Assembly (NCBI GenBank): GCA_032718475.1
Contig: JAUCBJ010008587.1
Span: 1-47,525 of the forward strand
DNA: 47,525 nucleotides
Source: Nemertoderma westbladi
Taxonomy: Eukaryota > Animalia > Xenacoelomorpha
Direction of reading: 5' to 3'
The translations under genes and the position numbers were made by a program. Positions 36,584-47,525 of this stretch are shown here, piece by piece (position 1 is the first letter of the stretch; the number at the start of each line of letters is the position of its first letter). The notes beneath the pieces are model-generated. The model was not told the origin of the DNA and did no database searches. It saw only the letters and a program-made list of their open reading frames with translations.

Positions 36584-38031
36584 ACAAAATACAAACTAAA
36601 ATTACTTATATTATCGAATAATGTCCAAAATGCCAGTTGAAATATTCCGATCGTCTACTTTTAAATATAATATTATTCGACTGGATCCGTAAGCTGGTAG
36701 GTGGCCAATTGAACACATCAGGTGTGCTGCGTATGAGAAACTTCTATCATACTTTGAACGCACACCTTGAAATCTTTCCAGCTACGTGTTATGGAAACCC
36801 CCTCGATTAATAATTGGGTTGCTAAGTAACCCATCTTATCGTGTTGATATACTTTCCTGTTGCGAAAATTATTATAGAAGATTCTAATTATTTATCAAAT
36901 TTTATATATTATTTTATCGCTTTTGATCACTTCTAAGCTTAAGATAAGAGAGTTTGATGAGGATCTTTGCCCGCCGTAACCTTGGTAACAACAATATATA
37001 AATTATAGGCAGAAATTTTGATACATTTCTATGAACCTTTGATATGATATTCAAACCAATCAGATATAAACATATAAAGTTATTATACGTACGAAAATAT
37101 TACTAAATTAGTACCGGAAATACCAAAACAACCGACCTACGCCAGCGGTGGCTAGAAATCCTGTTTCACGCCCTGTATTATTATGGATCGCCTTCCAGCC
37201 AACCTAAAGATTAAACTGTCTTTATGGAAATGATTGCATATCAGCGCATCTGATTGGCAGTAGGGAAAGCAGCACACAAGGTAAATCCATGGCAATCAAT
37301 CATAGCAAACAATACATGATGAGGTAGGTGGGAATGCGACTTCATATTGGATGTACGACTGGACACAATATTTGGCATTGAAATCATATTATATTGGATA
37401 TCCTGGGTATTAAATCAATTGTGTAATCCCCAGCTTGTTTATTTTATTATTATTATATTACAATCGGCCATCATTGTGTGTTGTAAAACATTAAATAAAA
37501 TATTAAATGAAAAATATTTATTAAATTTATTAACATGATGTTATTATGAACTGCAGTACGGTAAACTTAGTAAAGTAAAGTAAAGTTAACTATAAAGTTG
37601 TTACAGTTGCGGGATGCGACTTGACTGAAACTGTAATTGTTGCGAAATTGGCATACGAAAGTCCATATTAGGAAAAGAAAAACAAGCGCGACTATCCTGA
37701 ACTTCATAGTTTAATAGAACCTTACCAGCAATCATTTATAGTACAAAACTATAGTCATCTTGCTTCAGTGCAAAACACGTAAAATGCAAAAACTTATTAA
37801 TTATATAAAAGCAAAAACTTAACTAAACTGCAACCTAATATCTAAATACGAACTAAAGGCAATCAAATACTGACAATAATGAATAGCGCCATAGGTCAAA
37901 CTATGAAAGTACCGTGAAAGTACAGTACCATAGCTCCAATTATATGAATGTGGCTGAGTGTTGTAGCCAACTGTTGAGTGTTACTACTGGACGTTCGAAT
38001 GTTTTCTTTCGAATAGCCCGCGACATTGTCG

Positions 38032-38330
38032 GGTTCTCATCTGGTTCCCCCAAACTTGACACTTGAACAAAGCCGCCTCCGCTTTGCAGGACTTTGCTTT
38101 CGCCGTGAGGACCAGTCTGTGCACAATATTGTGCTTCGGCAGCCCCATGGAGAAAATAAGCATGTTGGACAGCCCACCACTTTCCTGAGACGCCTCTTAA
38201 AGGGTACTGACCTTGAAGATGCGGATTTAAAGGGCACTGGCCTTGAAGATGTGAATAATCTCGCAAAGTCATGGCCATGGGGGAATTGGAGTTGTGGCGG
38301 TGAAACTTTATCGATAAGCCGGCATAACAT
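38032..38330 (+). mobile_element. Older 3' fragment of the RTE LINE
   Basis: SHLVPPNLTLEQSRLRFAGLCFRREDQ matches 42230-42495, with an internal ~24-bp duplication. Confidence 0.85.
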
Positions 38331-39014
38331 TATTGGCTGTTGTCACAAAATATTTAATTCCCTAAATTGGCGAACCTTTCAATTTTGTTCCAGAACTTTA
38401 AATGCAATTATCACTGTTTCATGTTTTTTCTTAAAAATGCTTTGACTCAGGCATTGTTTCACAAATGACTTGACATTTGGAACAAAGTTTCAGGATGGTA
38501 TTCACAATCAGACTTCCAATACGTCAAATATCAGTTTAATGAGAAAAGGCTATGAAAAAGGCCCTTTTAAGGCTTTTTTTACTGCAAAAGGCCTCCGATA
38601 CATTCTTATTAAAATCCATTAAGAGTAATTACTGTATTAGTTAATTACTGTATTATTACTATAATTACTGTATTATTTCATTCAATTTGTGGAAAGTTAT
38701 TGAAGTGAGGGCCCAAAAATTATAATAATTTTGTACTTATTCTACACATGTCAGGCGACAATGTTAGGACCTACAACGGATTTTACGGGCATACCACGGA
38801 TGTCACGGCATGCAACGATTTACAAATAGTAGGCTACTTATATATTGAACTACCAGTAGGCCTACTTACTTACATAGGCTACTGTAATTATGTTAATGTT
38901 CGTGTTTATGTCTGCTTTGACTTTTATTAATTAAAAATAATTATGTGTGAAGAAGTTGATGGTAACTCTAGCAACTAACTCGTCATATAATGAAGTTGTG
39001 CAATACTAGATAAC

Positions 39015-39405
39015 ATGCCTGAGAAATTACTCACAGCAGGTAATAAATTGAAGTAGGTAATTAAGTAATCAGTTAACAGTAAGTCATTAACAGTAAGTAA
39101 TCAAATTTTCTAAGACAAATTACTCACATGTTAAGAAAGGGTAATACGTAAAGCAGATAAGAAATTTTTGTGAAATCAAAAAGTAACCATATCCATTGGA
39201 AATAGACCGCAAATAACAACTAATTACAAGTTATTAGGAGAAAATGAAACAGTAACCTGTGCTGTTGAGGTTTTACGCATGTACTGGTACAGTAATAGCA
39301 ATGGTATTTCATCGGTTCCATTATCATAATAAACTATTTCGTTTTGGTATAAATAATTGTATAATTTGTATTTCAGAACCTCCGGAAGTGACTGAATTTC
39401 ATTTG
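39015..39405 (+). CDS. Possible first two short coding exons of an unidentified gene (39015-39039, 39377-39405; MPEKLLTAEPPEVTEFHL...)
   Basis: ATG...CAG|GTAATA donor, TTTCAG acceptor and TTG|GTGAGT donor; joins in frame with no stop. No homology recognised. Confidence 0.3.
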
Positions 39406-39504
39406 GTGAGTTTCATTTAATTTAATTATTTGACATAAATTTATGATTAAGAGAGGAGATCCATCCATATCTTGTAAAATTATGTGGTAATGAATTGTCA
39501 TGAA

Positions 39505-42500
39505 CTGCTCAGGTCAGGTCAGGTATTCCAGGTCATTGATCAAGAAAACTTGCCACCTCCATGCAGCATAAAGGAGGTGCCATCTGTAGCTGCATAGACC
39601 CTCTTACTAGGGCAAATCTGGTCCTGTAACTGGGACCCCCTTCGTTCTGGGATAAGGACGCCCTTGGTCCTGGATTAAGGACCCATATACTTGGCTGGAG
39701 GGTTATATCGCCTGGCCAGGCAGATGGTGATCTACCAATGGCTGGTCAGGAGTAGAGTGTTCTCATGTCCACTGTGAGTGCACTTCACTGCGACCTGCAC
39801 CTGGCAGCAGGGGTACAGCCAATGGTGGGTCATGTGCGCCAGAGTAGATATGGGTGATGGGCCTCATATTTGACTCCACTGCGACACCCACCCTGTGGAA
39901 TGGCAAACCAGGGTGCGGTATTTGCCCCGAGAGCTGACTCGGCAAAAAAGCACCCACCAACCCCCACTATGGATTACATTAGTAATGCGGAGTTCCGGCC
40001 ACTAGAGGCCAGTGGAATTACCGGACAAAATCGGCTTCACAGGCGTTAGTTATCTCCTGACCGGCTGCCTGTCTCACCCCCTACTGGAGAGAGAGCAGCC
40101 AACAATTCTTTGAGTCCCTTTCCTGATGACCTTTCTGGCCCAAACCCTGGGTCACCAGGGAGGCCAGATTGTGAGGGAGAGAGGGATTCTGGAATTGGAG
40201 GCTACTCTCATGTTCCACTCCGACCAACAAAGCCATTGGCGAATCTGAGGCAAGTCACTAGACTAGCCTCAGTAAACACCCTATCACTCGGGTCCCCAAT
40301 GCGACAGGGTGAGCTGACTGCCTTGGCAGATAACCTTTCTCTTAGCGCAGTGTGTGTTCAAGAGCACCGAATGCAGACTGGACATACTGATGAGGTTCTG
40401 ATTAAGGACATGGGGGGCGGTTGGCGACTCGCCCTTGCGTCAGCAGATGATAGTGGCAATGGTGGAATTGGTCTATTGATGAATCCAACTGCACCTGCAG
40501 CATTGGACAAAATAGACCAAATCTCTAACCACATCATCCGTTGCCACTTCTCATGTTCTGGAAGACTGGCTAAGAAGTTTCCTAAGGTGGTTCTAATTGT
40601 GTGCTACTCTCCTACTAGTGTTGCCCCTGTAGAGGAGGTGGAAAATTTCTACCACAATCTACAAGCAGCTACTGATGGTGTGGATCACCACAGCATGCAT
40701 TCTTAACGTTCCTGGGATACTTTAATGCAAGTCTGCCTCAATCACCTACATCGCCGTGGGTTTATAGCGATAGTGTTAACCGAAATTCCGTCCATCTTCA
40801 GGATTTTATCTCTTGAAAAGGATTGTTTTCGGCTGGAACCCAGTTCAAGAAGCGAACCGGAAAGCTATGGACTCATAGTGGACCCAGTGGTCACAAGTCC
40901 CAGATAGACCATATTCTGTTTCGTAGAAAATACAGGAGCTCTATACAAGATTGTAATGCATTTACACTTCGACCCTTCTCCAGTGATCACCGCCTTATTG
41001 TGGCCAAGGTAAGACTTAGTCTGCGTGCTAGCAGAACAACGAAATCTGCCTTGCCGCGGCATGACTGGTCCTCTCTGTTGCAACAGCCAAGTGTGAGATC
41101 CAGCTTCACACTACAGCTGAGCAATCTGCTAATCTACAGGAGCTAATAAAACAACAGGTTGATGCCATCAATGATGCTGACGACAGCAGGCAATCATCCC
41201 AGGCATGGAAATCGATCAATCTGCTTACTGGGCGGAAAAGCCAACCAACCACCAAGGTTAAGGCTGAATCACCAGCCGATCGCCTCAATGGTTGGAAAGC
41301 CCACTTTGAAAAGCTCCTCAATAATGACAGGGTATTGCCTGATAACTTTATAGAAGTAAAAGTGTCTGAGTCTGTACTCCCAGATATTCCCATTGGCGAT
41401 ATCTCCTTTGCAGAAGTGAAGGCTGCTGCAAAGAGCATTAAGACCAATCGTGCCAGTGGAGTAGATAGTGTTCCCCCTGAGGTCTTTAAAATACCTGAGT
41501 GTTTAAAGCTCATCTATCCCATCATAGTAGACATGTACCGAACAACAAGAGTCCCAAAAGAAATGAAAACAAATAAGTTGGTGCCAGTTCCCAAGAAGGG
41601 AAACCTAACACTCTATGGTTCTTTTCGGGGAATCTCATTGATCTCGATTGCTGCAAAGCTATACAATAGAATTCTATTAGATCGCATCAGGGATCCCATT
41701 GAGAGACTGCTCCGTGGATATCAGAATGGGTTCCGTAAAGGTCGTGGGACCATGGAGCCCATTTTGGCACTTAGAAGGATAATTGAAGATTTATCAAAAA
41801 AGAAAGACAGGCATCTGGCTGTTATCTTTGTTGACTTCTTCAAGGCCTTTGATTCAGTCTCTCGCTCATGTATGCTCAGCATACTTTCATTATATGGGAT
41901 TCCTGATGAAATTATTGCAGCAATCAGATCAGTATACGATGGATCGACAACATTTGTGTCTACTGTTGACGGTGACACGGAACCATTTGAAGTGTTATGG
42001 GGCGTCCTCCAGGGAGACACACTTGCACCATTCTTGTTCATAATTGTCATCAGAATTAGATCATCATAATGATGATGGGGTGATGATAACTCCACCTACT
42101 GGCTCCAGAATTCGAGGAAATCCTGCCAAGTACCTAACTGATCTAGACTTTGCTGATGACTTAGGAGTACTCTCAGAATCAAGTACAATGCACACATCTC
42201 CAACCAGACACTATATAACATTGGAGGTATCTCATTGGTTCCCCCAAGCTTGACACTAGAACAAAATCGCCTCCGTTTTGCAGGACATTGCTTTCGCCGT
42301 GAGGACCAGCCAGTGCATAACCTTGTACTTTGGCAGCCTCATGGAGTGAATAAGCATGGTGGACAGCCCATGACTTTCTTGTGACGCATCTTAAAGGACA
42401 CTGGCCTTGAAGATGCGGATGATCTAGCAAATGGATCCCTATCATGGGTGATAGTGAGTTGTGGCGGCGCAATTTTGTCGACAAGCCGGCACAGCATTTT

Positions 42501-42546
42501 TAAAAATGCAGCTGCAATGCAGCATGCCGATCCTAGTAGTAGTAGT
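39505..42546 (+). mobile_element. RTE-clade LINE, near full length but inactivated (frameshifts, internal deletion at ~42180)
   Basis: APE motifs (VCVQEHR, GGIGLL, CYSPT, QIDHIL, SDHRL), RT motifs (PVPKKG, QNGFRKGRGT, FVDFFKAFDSV, GVLQGDTLAPFLF, LDFADD), [11 protein letters not shown]-terminus and (TAG)n tail. Confidence 0.92.
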
Positions 42547-42657
42547 GGTGCGAGACAAAGTGCGTGAAACTCTATCTAATCGAACATATTATTTTTGTCT
42601 GGTTCAGTCTTTGTTATCTTTGTATGCTACCCATTCTGCCATTCAAGTAATGGTATG

Positions 42658-42812
42658 GCAGCAGCTTGGTCTAGTGGTGACTTTCCTGGACTTCAAATTA
42701 GGAAGCCCTGGTTCGATACTTAGATGGGGGCAGCACTGTTTGGGCACAGTGCTTTAAATGCTGCAGCCTAGCTCAACCCTGGCTTTCATCCTTCAGTGGT
42801 CGATAAATTGGA
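42658..42812 (+). mobile_element. tRNA-derived SINE head
   Basis: A-box TGGTCTAGTGG, B-box GGTTCGATAC, and core GGCTTTCATCCTTCAGTGGTCGATAAAT similar to the SINE at 24875. Confidence 0.6.
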
Positions 42813-43180
42813 AACAGAGTCGAAGGGTTTACTGTGGAAGATCACCCATGGTAGAGAACAGGCAGTCCTTTAGGAAACGGATTGGAAGGGTTTTATGTGG
42901 AAGGGCATCCATGGTGGTGAAGAGGCATTACCTTAGGAAACAGAGTGGAATGGATTACTGTGGAAGTTCACCCATGGTGGTGAAGAGGCATTCCTTTAGG
43001 AAACAGAGTGGAAGGGTTTACTGTGGAAGATCATCCATGGTGGTGAACAGGCATTCCTTTAGGAAACGGATTGGAAGGGTTTAATGTGGAAGATCACCCA
43101 TGGTGGTGAACAGGCATTCCTTTAGGAAACGGTTTGGAAGAGTTTAATGTGGAAGATCATCCATGGTGGTGAACAGACAT
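42810..43180. repeat. 63-bp tandem repeat x~6, cut by the LTR insertion at 43181
   Basis: GGAAACAGAGTGGAAGGGTTTACTGTGGAAGATCACCCATGGTGGTGAACAGGCATTCCTTTA-like units. Confidence 0.9.
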
Positions 43181-46100
43181 TGTTCGCGCTTTCAGACCTT
43201 TGGCAGTTTAACCCGCCAAATTAGGATGTCTTCTAGATAATAATTCGCCTTTAGCCTATGACAAGTATTTGATTCACTACACTAGTCGAAACCAATCTGT
43301 GCGCGATCATTCACCCGCTGGATATACCCGGGAGATTGGGTTCGACGGCTTAATCTTATTGCTATGTAAGCCTAATGTATTATTCGACTGACAGTATTAT
43401 ATAATCTCTGACAATATTATTCACCTTCGGGAAATATTAACAGTTCCTTTAGGACGTGGCGCTCTATCTATATAAACAGAGTTATGACTTAAACTACTCA
43501 CAACGATATGGCTTAGTTATAATTCACATATATGGCGCATTCTTTAGGAAATGCTTCGTTATCAGTATCACTCATACACAATGCTGCACAATACTGCACA
43601 CTAATCTGCCGATCTTCACTGATTTTAGTCACATATAAAAGGAACACGGACCGACTCATGTAGGGTCTATCAAATAACATTAGATTCACTTCAAACCACT
43701 TTAACATAAGTCACAATCGTTATATGTAACCTTTCTCTCTTACCTTCGGTATATCAAGAATATTGGGGTTTCGGGGTTATTTATCGTTATTCCAAATATA
43801 ATAATTCATCAACCATATTATGAAGAACCGACAGTAAATAGCAGTATAACAATATAAAAGTATGCACCAGTGTGTGGTACATGCAGTTCAGTGCATCAGT
43901 TCGTGAGATATTAAATCAGTTATGTTTAGTTGAGTTGCACAGTGATTCAGTGTGATAACGGATATATGTCCTTATAATTAAGCCTACTAGTGTTAGGCTA
44001 AAACAGAAAAGCACAAAATATTTCCAAGCCGCTCTCTCCTGGCTCAGGACTGAATGTAAACACTGCACATAAAGCATTGCCTGATTTCTAGGAAATTTCT
44101 CTACAAGAGCCATAAAAATGCTCTGATTGGCTGACTGAACTGAGAGATGCCGTAGAACAAAGAAAATCAACACGTATGAATATCAGCTGTTAACCGTCGT
44201 CATAGTAACTACTGTTCAAGAGTAGCTATCACCTTTTGCGTCACGGAATTGCCATAGAATCATCAACTATGCCTTCCACAGTACACATACGGAGGAAATA
44301 GCTCTTAGATCCTCTAAAAAACATCGATACAGCAATAATACAGTCTCTTACACCTATTAAATCAACTACAGAGTATTTTAATGTAAAATATAATAAAAAT
44401 AACGGGGTAATTCAGCAAAGGCTTTTACACCGCTCCCAGAAAATGGGATTTTCAGTCTATAAAATATAAAAATCACAGTTTCTAAAACCTAAAGATACTC
44501 TAAACAGTTAGTCTTTCTTACGCGGACGGCGTTTACGCAGTTTCGTGAGGCTAGCAAGAGTCCTTTTCTCTTTGGGGCGAGCCACTTTACAAGGAGGGCT
44601 GTAGCTCCTAGGCGAAGGGTGCAATTCAATTGCATCAGAAGGTGTAGGGTTACGATCGGTATACCCGCCGGTCGAAGTACCTGGTTGATTAATATCAACC
44701 TCAGTGGAGCGAGGTCTAACGGCCTTTAGAGCGCGTCTCAGTACAGCAGCTCCTACGTGTCCTTGACGGGTCGTCTGGACACTAGCGGTGGGTGGACCGT
44801 GAGTGGTGAGGAACTTTCTCGGTTTAATGGTTCTCTCCAGCTCGCGTTCTCGGGTTCAATATTCATATGGTCGCCGAGATACTTCCTGTAGTTCAGGATG
44901 CGAGTTCACAAAGATGTCGCCATACTCAGGGTCCAACACGCTTCATTAACTCGTAACTTGGTACGCGTGTTTTCTGTTCAATCGACGCGAATAGATAAGG
45001 ATGGAACGAGTAAACTCCCTCGTAAGCTCGTCCAGGGTAATAGCGATGTCGGGATTCGCAATGTAAATCCGCGTTCGCTTCCCAAGCTCGGATGTATCGC
45101 AGGGTGATCATCTCGTCTACACTCTCTAAATCGCGATTAAAGGGACAATTGTAACTTTCATGTCCTTTAAGTTGACAGTAGTGACATTGAGTCATAAATT
45201 GTGGGCAGACGGCAAAAATATGAGAGTTATTAAGCCGGCAATAAGCACAATATATTTCCATCATCGGTTGTTCGAGGAAATAGGAACAAGGTACGCTCGA
45301 GTCTAGAGGAGTGAAGTGGTCTCTCGATGCGCATAATCGACAACGTTTTCGAGAAACGTAGTTGGCGTGTCGATAATCGTACGCTGTGAGACGCTGTGGA
45401 CCTTGATACCACTCTATGACATAATCATTGTCACTGCTCCGGGAAGCTGTAGGCTGAATCGCTTCTGATTCCAAGCATACTGGTTCATCCTCCAGCTGTA
45501 TAGACGAAGTGGGTGCGTCTGTCTCAGTAAGTGGATCCACTGTCTGTATTTCCACGACGGAATAACCTGTAGGTATTCGGGGTCTTTGTATAACGGATGA
45601 ATGTAAGTTCTGTATACAAACGTCTTGAAAAACGGCAAATCCAGCGCTACTCAGTTTCTCCGCAGCTGAGTCTCTCAGACTGAGTTTGGTCAGCGCGCGG
45701 TCCTTGAACTGACTATCGACGTTACGGAACGGAGTCAGAAAGCGCCGGAAACATTCGAAACGTATGAACTTATTGTGTTCGTCTAACTTGGCGAGTTTAG
45801 TTCCAAGTATTAATGGGTGAGCGCGTATGGTACGACTGCACACATCGGCTAGCCAACCGGCAAGTGCTGCGTTTTCAAAGATCGTGTATATAGCTAAGGA
45901 AGGGCGAAGTGGAACACTCATAAAGCTATATACGGCACCAGGCGCAGTTAATGGTCCATCAAAATATAAACGAGAGTAATGATCTCCATATACTTGCTGG
46001 TAATTGATAGGATTTCCAACTTTGAAATTCCATCCATATTCTTGAAAGGCAAGATGTCCGATGGATGTCCGTTGTACCTTAGTAATGTCGCTGGGTGTAT

Positions 46101-46202
46101 TGGCATACATAGTGCGAAAGAAACCTCGGCCTTCTGCTCAAGGAGCAATCAGCTGAGTATCAACGAAGGGGTATGGAATGTTCTCCATATTCCGAAAGTC
46201 GT
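43181..46202 (-). mobile_element. LTR retrotransposon copy 2: 3' LTR 43181-44429, PPT 44430-44437, disrupted accessory ORF; may continue to the window end
   Basis: Reverse complement of ~289-2165 and ~2645-3329. Confidence 0.85.
44508..46202 (-). pseudogene. Pseudogenised copy of the exonuclease-like/zinc-knuckle ORF
   Basis: TGG->TGA at 46138-46140, a 95-bp frameshifting deletion at ~44933 (copy-1 1558-1652), and loss of the N terminus at 46202. Confidence 0.85.
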
Positions 46203-46638
46203 ATGCCTAATATGTCTTCCATTGATGGTAGTGGTAAAGAGCAGGGGAAGACCTATGTCGTATTCAGAAATATTCCGAAATACGATCTCAGTAGGAGGAT
46301 TGTAACATGCGAGGACTATCTCCAACTGAAATTATCCCCAGTGCGATGAGGGAACAACCAGTTCAATGCTTCAGTTGTTCTACATAAGATTACAAGATTT
46401 ATATCTCCAATCACCGAGGGAGGTGAACAACCAGATTTATGACGCATAATGGTACCAGTTGTTCACAACTATCCGCGTGTCCTTTCAGTCCTTGTATCAC
46501 GGTTGTGGACTTGAGGAAATTAGGAAGTGGTTGATTTTCTAATCAAATCAACAACAATGGTGAAAGTTGATATCATAAATATCAACAGAATGGTACAGGG
46601 ACAGGAGGTGCGGACACCAATATTAGCATACAAATAAA
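46203..46638 (+). pseudogene. Decayed unknown ORF antisense to the LTR element (~145 codons, 4 in-frame stops)
   Basis: One frame reads MPNMSSIDG...SPVR*GNNQF...PDL*RIMV...LWT*GN*EVVDFLIK...ILAYK*. The stops (TGA x3, TAG) are each compatible with a single C->T change. Confidence 0.3.
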
Positions 46639-47011
46639 CAGTAAGGGATGGGAGGTTTAGTGTTCGTTTCCCGAAGCTCCGAGCGCGTTGAGAAGAGAAG
46701 GTGGGGGGAAGTATGTCGTATTTTCAATAGCGATGTATAGAGGGATAAAGTGAGTAAAGAGGAGGAAGGATATATGGTAGTATCCATAAGATACCACAAT
46801 GGACGAGCTTTCCGTTACGTCATCATTCATTCTTGTCTTTTAATTGTGACACTGATCACAATAATTACAGGAAAACGATGAAGGAAGAGAAATTTACAGC
46901 CTCCCGAAGGAGACCGCCCGCGAGCACCCGTGCCCCGGGGAAAACTATTCACATTATGGACCCTGGACATTAACACATGTCTCCTCTCCAGTGGTTCGCC
47001 TATATTTGTCT

Positions 47012-47410
47012 TTACAAGCCTTCTTCCACGTCCTTTCTTTCGAGCTGATTTCGAATAGAGCTCTCGTGTTCTATTCTCGATTTATCGTTTCGACTCCGCT
47101 GGGTATGATATTTAAATAAAACCATTTCCCTTTCGGTGTCTACATCGTCGGTGTCGTGTAAATCAATAGGATGACCAGAAGTCAAGAAGTCCATATACGT
47201 ACCATTACGATGCGTATAGCGAGCAGTGAATTTTCTATAGTCCAATTCACGCGTAAGCTGCTCCTGGGACATTGGCGGTTCGATATAACGACCATCGTCC
47301 TCCGTAGTAGTTGGATCAGCGTCGCCGCGTATCAAGCTATCGACAAACGCTTGTAAAGTTAGAGTATATCTCTCCCTGATACCAAGATCATCTTCTATTA
47401 ATTCAGTCAT
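47012..47410 (-). CDS. Hypothetical acidic 132-aa protein, possibly another accessory ORF of the LTR element
   Basis: ATG-initiated ORF with protein-like composition, on the same strand as the element; no recognisable motif. Confidence 0.35.
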   Translation of the reverse strand: MTELIEDDLGIRERYTLTLQAFVDSLIRGDADPTTTEDDGRYIEPPMSQEQLTRELDYRKFTARYTHRNGTYMDFLTSGHPIDLHDTDDVDTEREMVLFKYHTQRSRNDKSRIEHESSIRNQLERKDVEEGL

Positions 47411-47525
47411 ATCTGCTATAAGAGTTCATCAATATTATAATGAGTTTATATATTTATTAGGTGAGCGGGCGTCGCTGCCTACTTCTCCCTTGCCCCCGGA
47501 CAGTGTGAGATGCTCAGCGCCGATA

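Noticed and set aside
36750-36770. ACTTTGAACGCACA resembling 5.8S rRNA
   Set aside because: The match is too short and the flanks do not fit; the minus strand reads more like a LINE C-terminal remnant (RSFSYAA).
7521-43180. Several array units are multiples of 9 bp (27, 36, 36, 54, 63)
   Set aside because: Others are 16, 30, 34 and 37 bp; the sample is too small to infer a rule.
1-47525. Whole window as one giant TIR element (Polinton/Maverick-like) because of the inverted ends
   Set aside because: The inverted sequences are LTR-element copies with PPT and TG..CA LTRs; the interior holds ordinary host genes and no polymerase, integrase or capsid genes.

Overview
AT-rich, repeat-dense eukaryotic (probably invertebrate animal) genomic DNA. 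Two conserved host genes lie head to head: intronless NMD3 (15590-17104, -) and five-exon CCDC25 (24385-35586, +). Both ends of the window carry inward-facing 3' portions of the same LTR retrotransposon family (1-3329 +, 43181->46202 -), and a third, solo LTR lies at 6261-7435. Just before its polypurine tract and 3' LTR, the element carries an accessory ORF that reads as a WRN/EXD/RNase D-type (DEDDy-fold) 3'-5' exonuclease-like domain plus three CCHC zinc knuckles and a basic tail; comparison of the two copies suggests purifying selection. Also present: a decayed RTE-type LINE with three 3' fragments, other LINE remnants, two tRNA-derived SINEs, several TIR elements (a 6-bp-TSD TAC..GTA MITE and a 3.6-kb element ~180 bp upstream of the NMD3 ATG), TA-site excision-type footprints, and about nine locally amplified minisatellites, one of which copies the CCDC25 exon-4 splice donor roughly 75-80 times. 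All family assignments come from reading motifs by eye; no searches were run.
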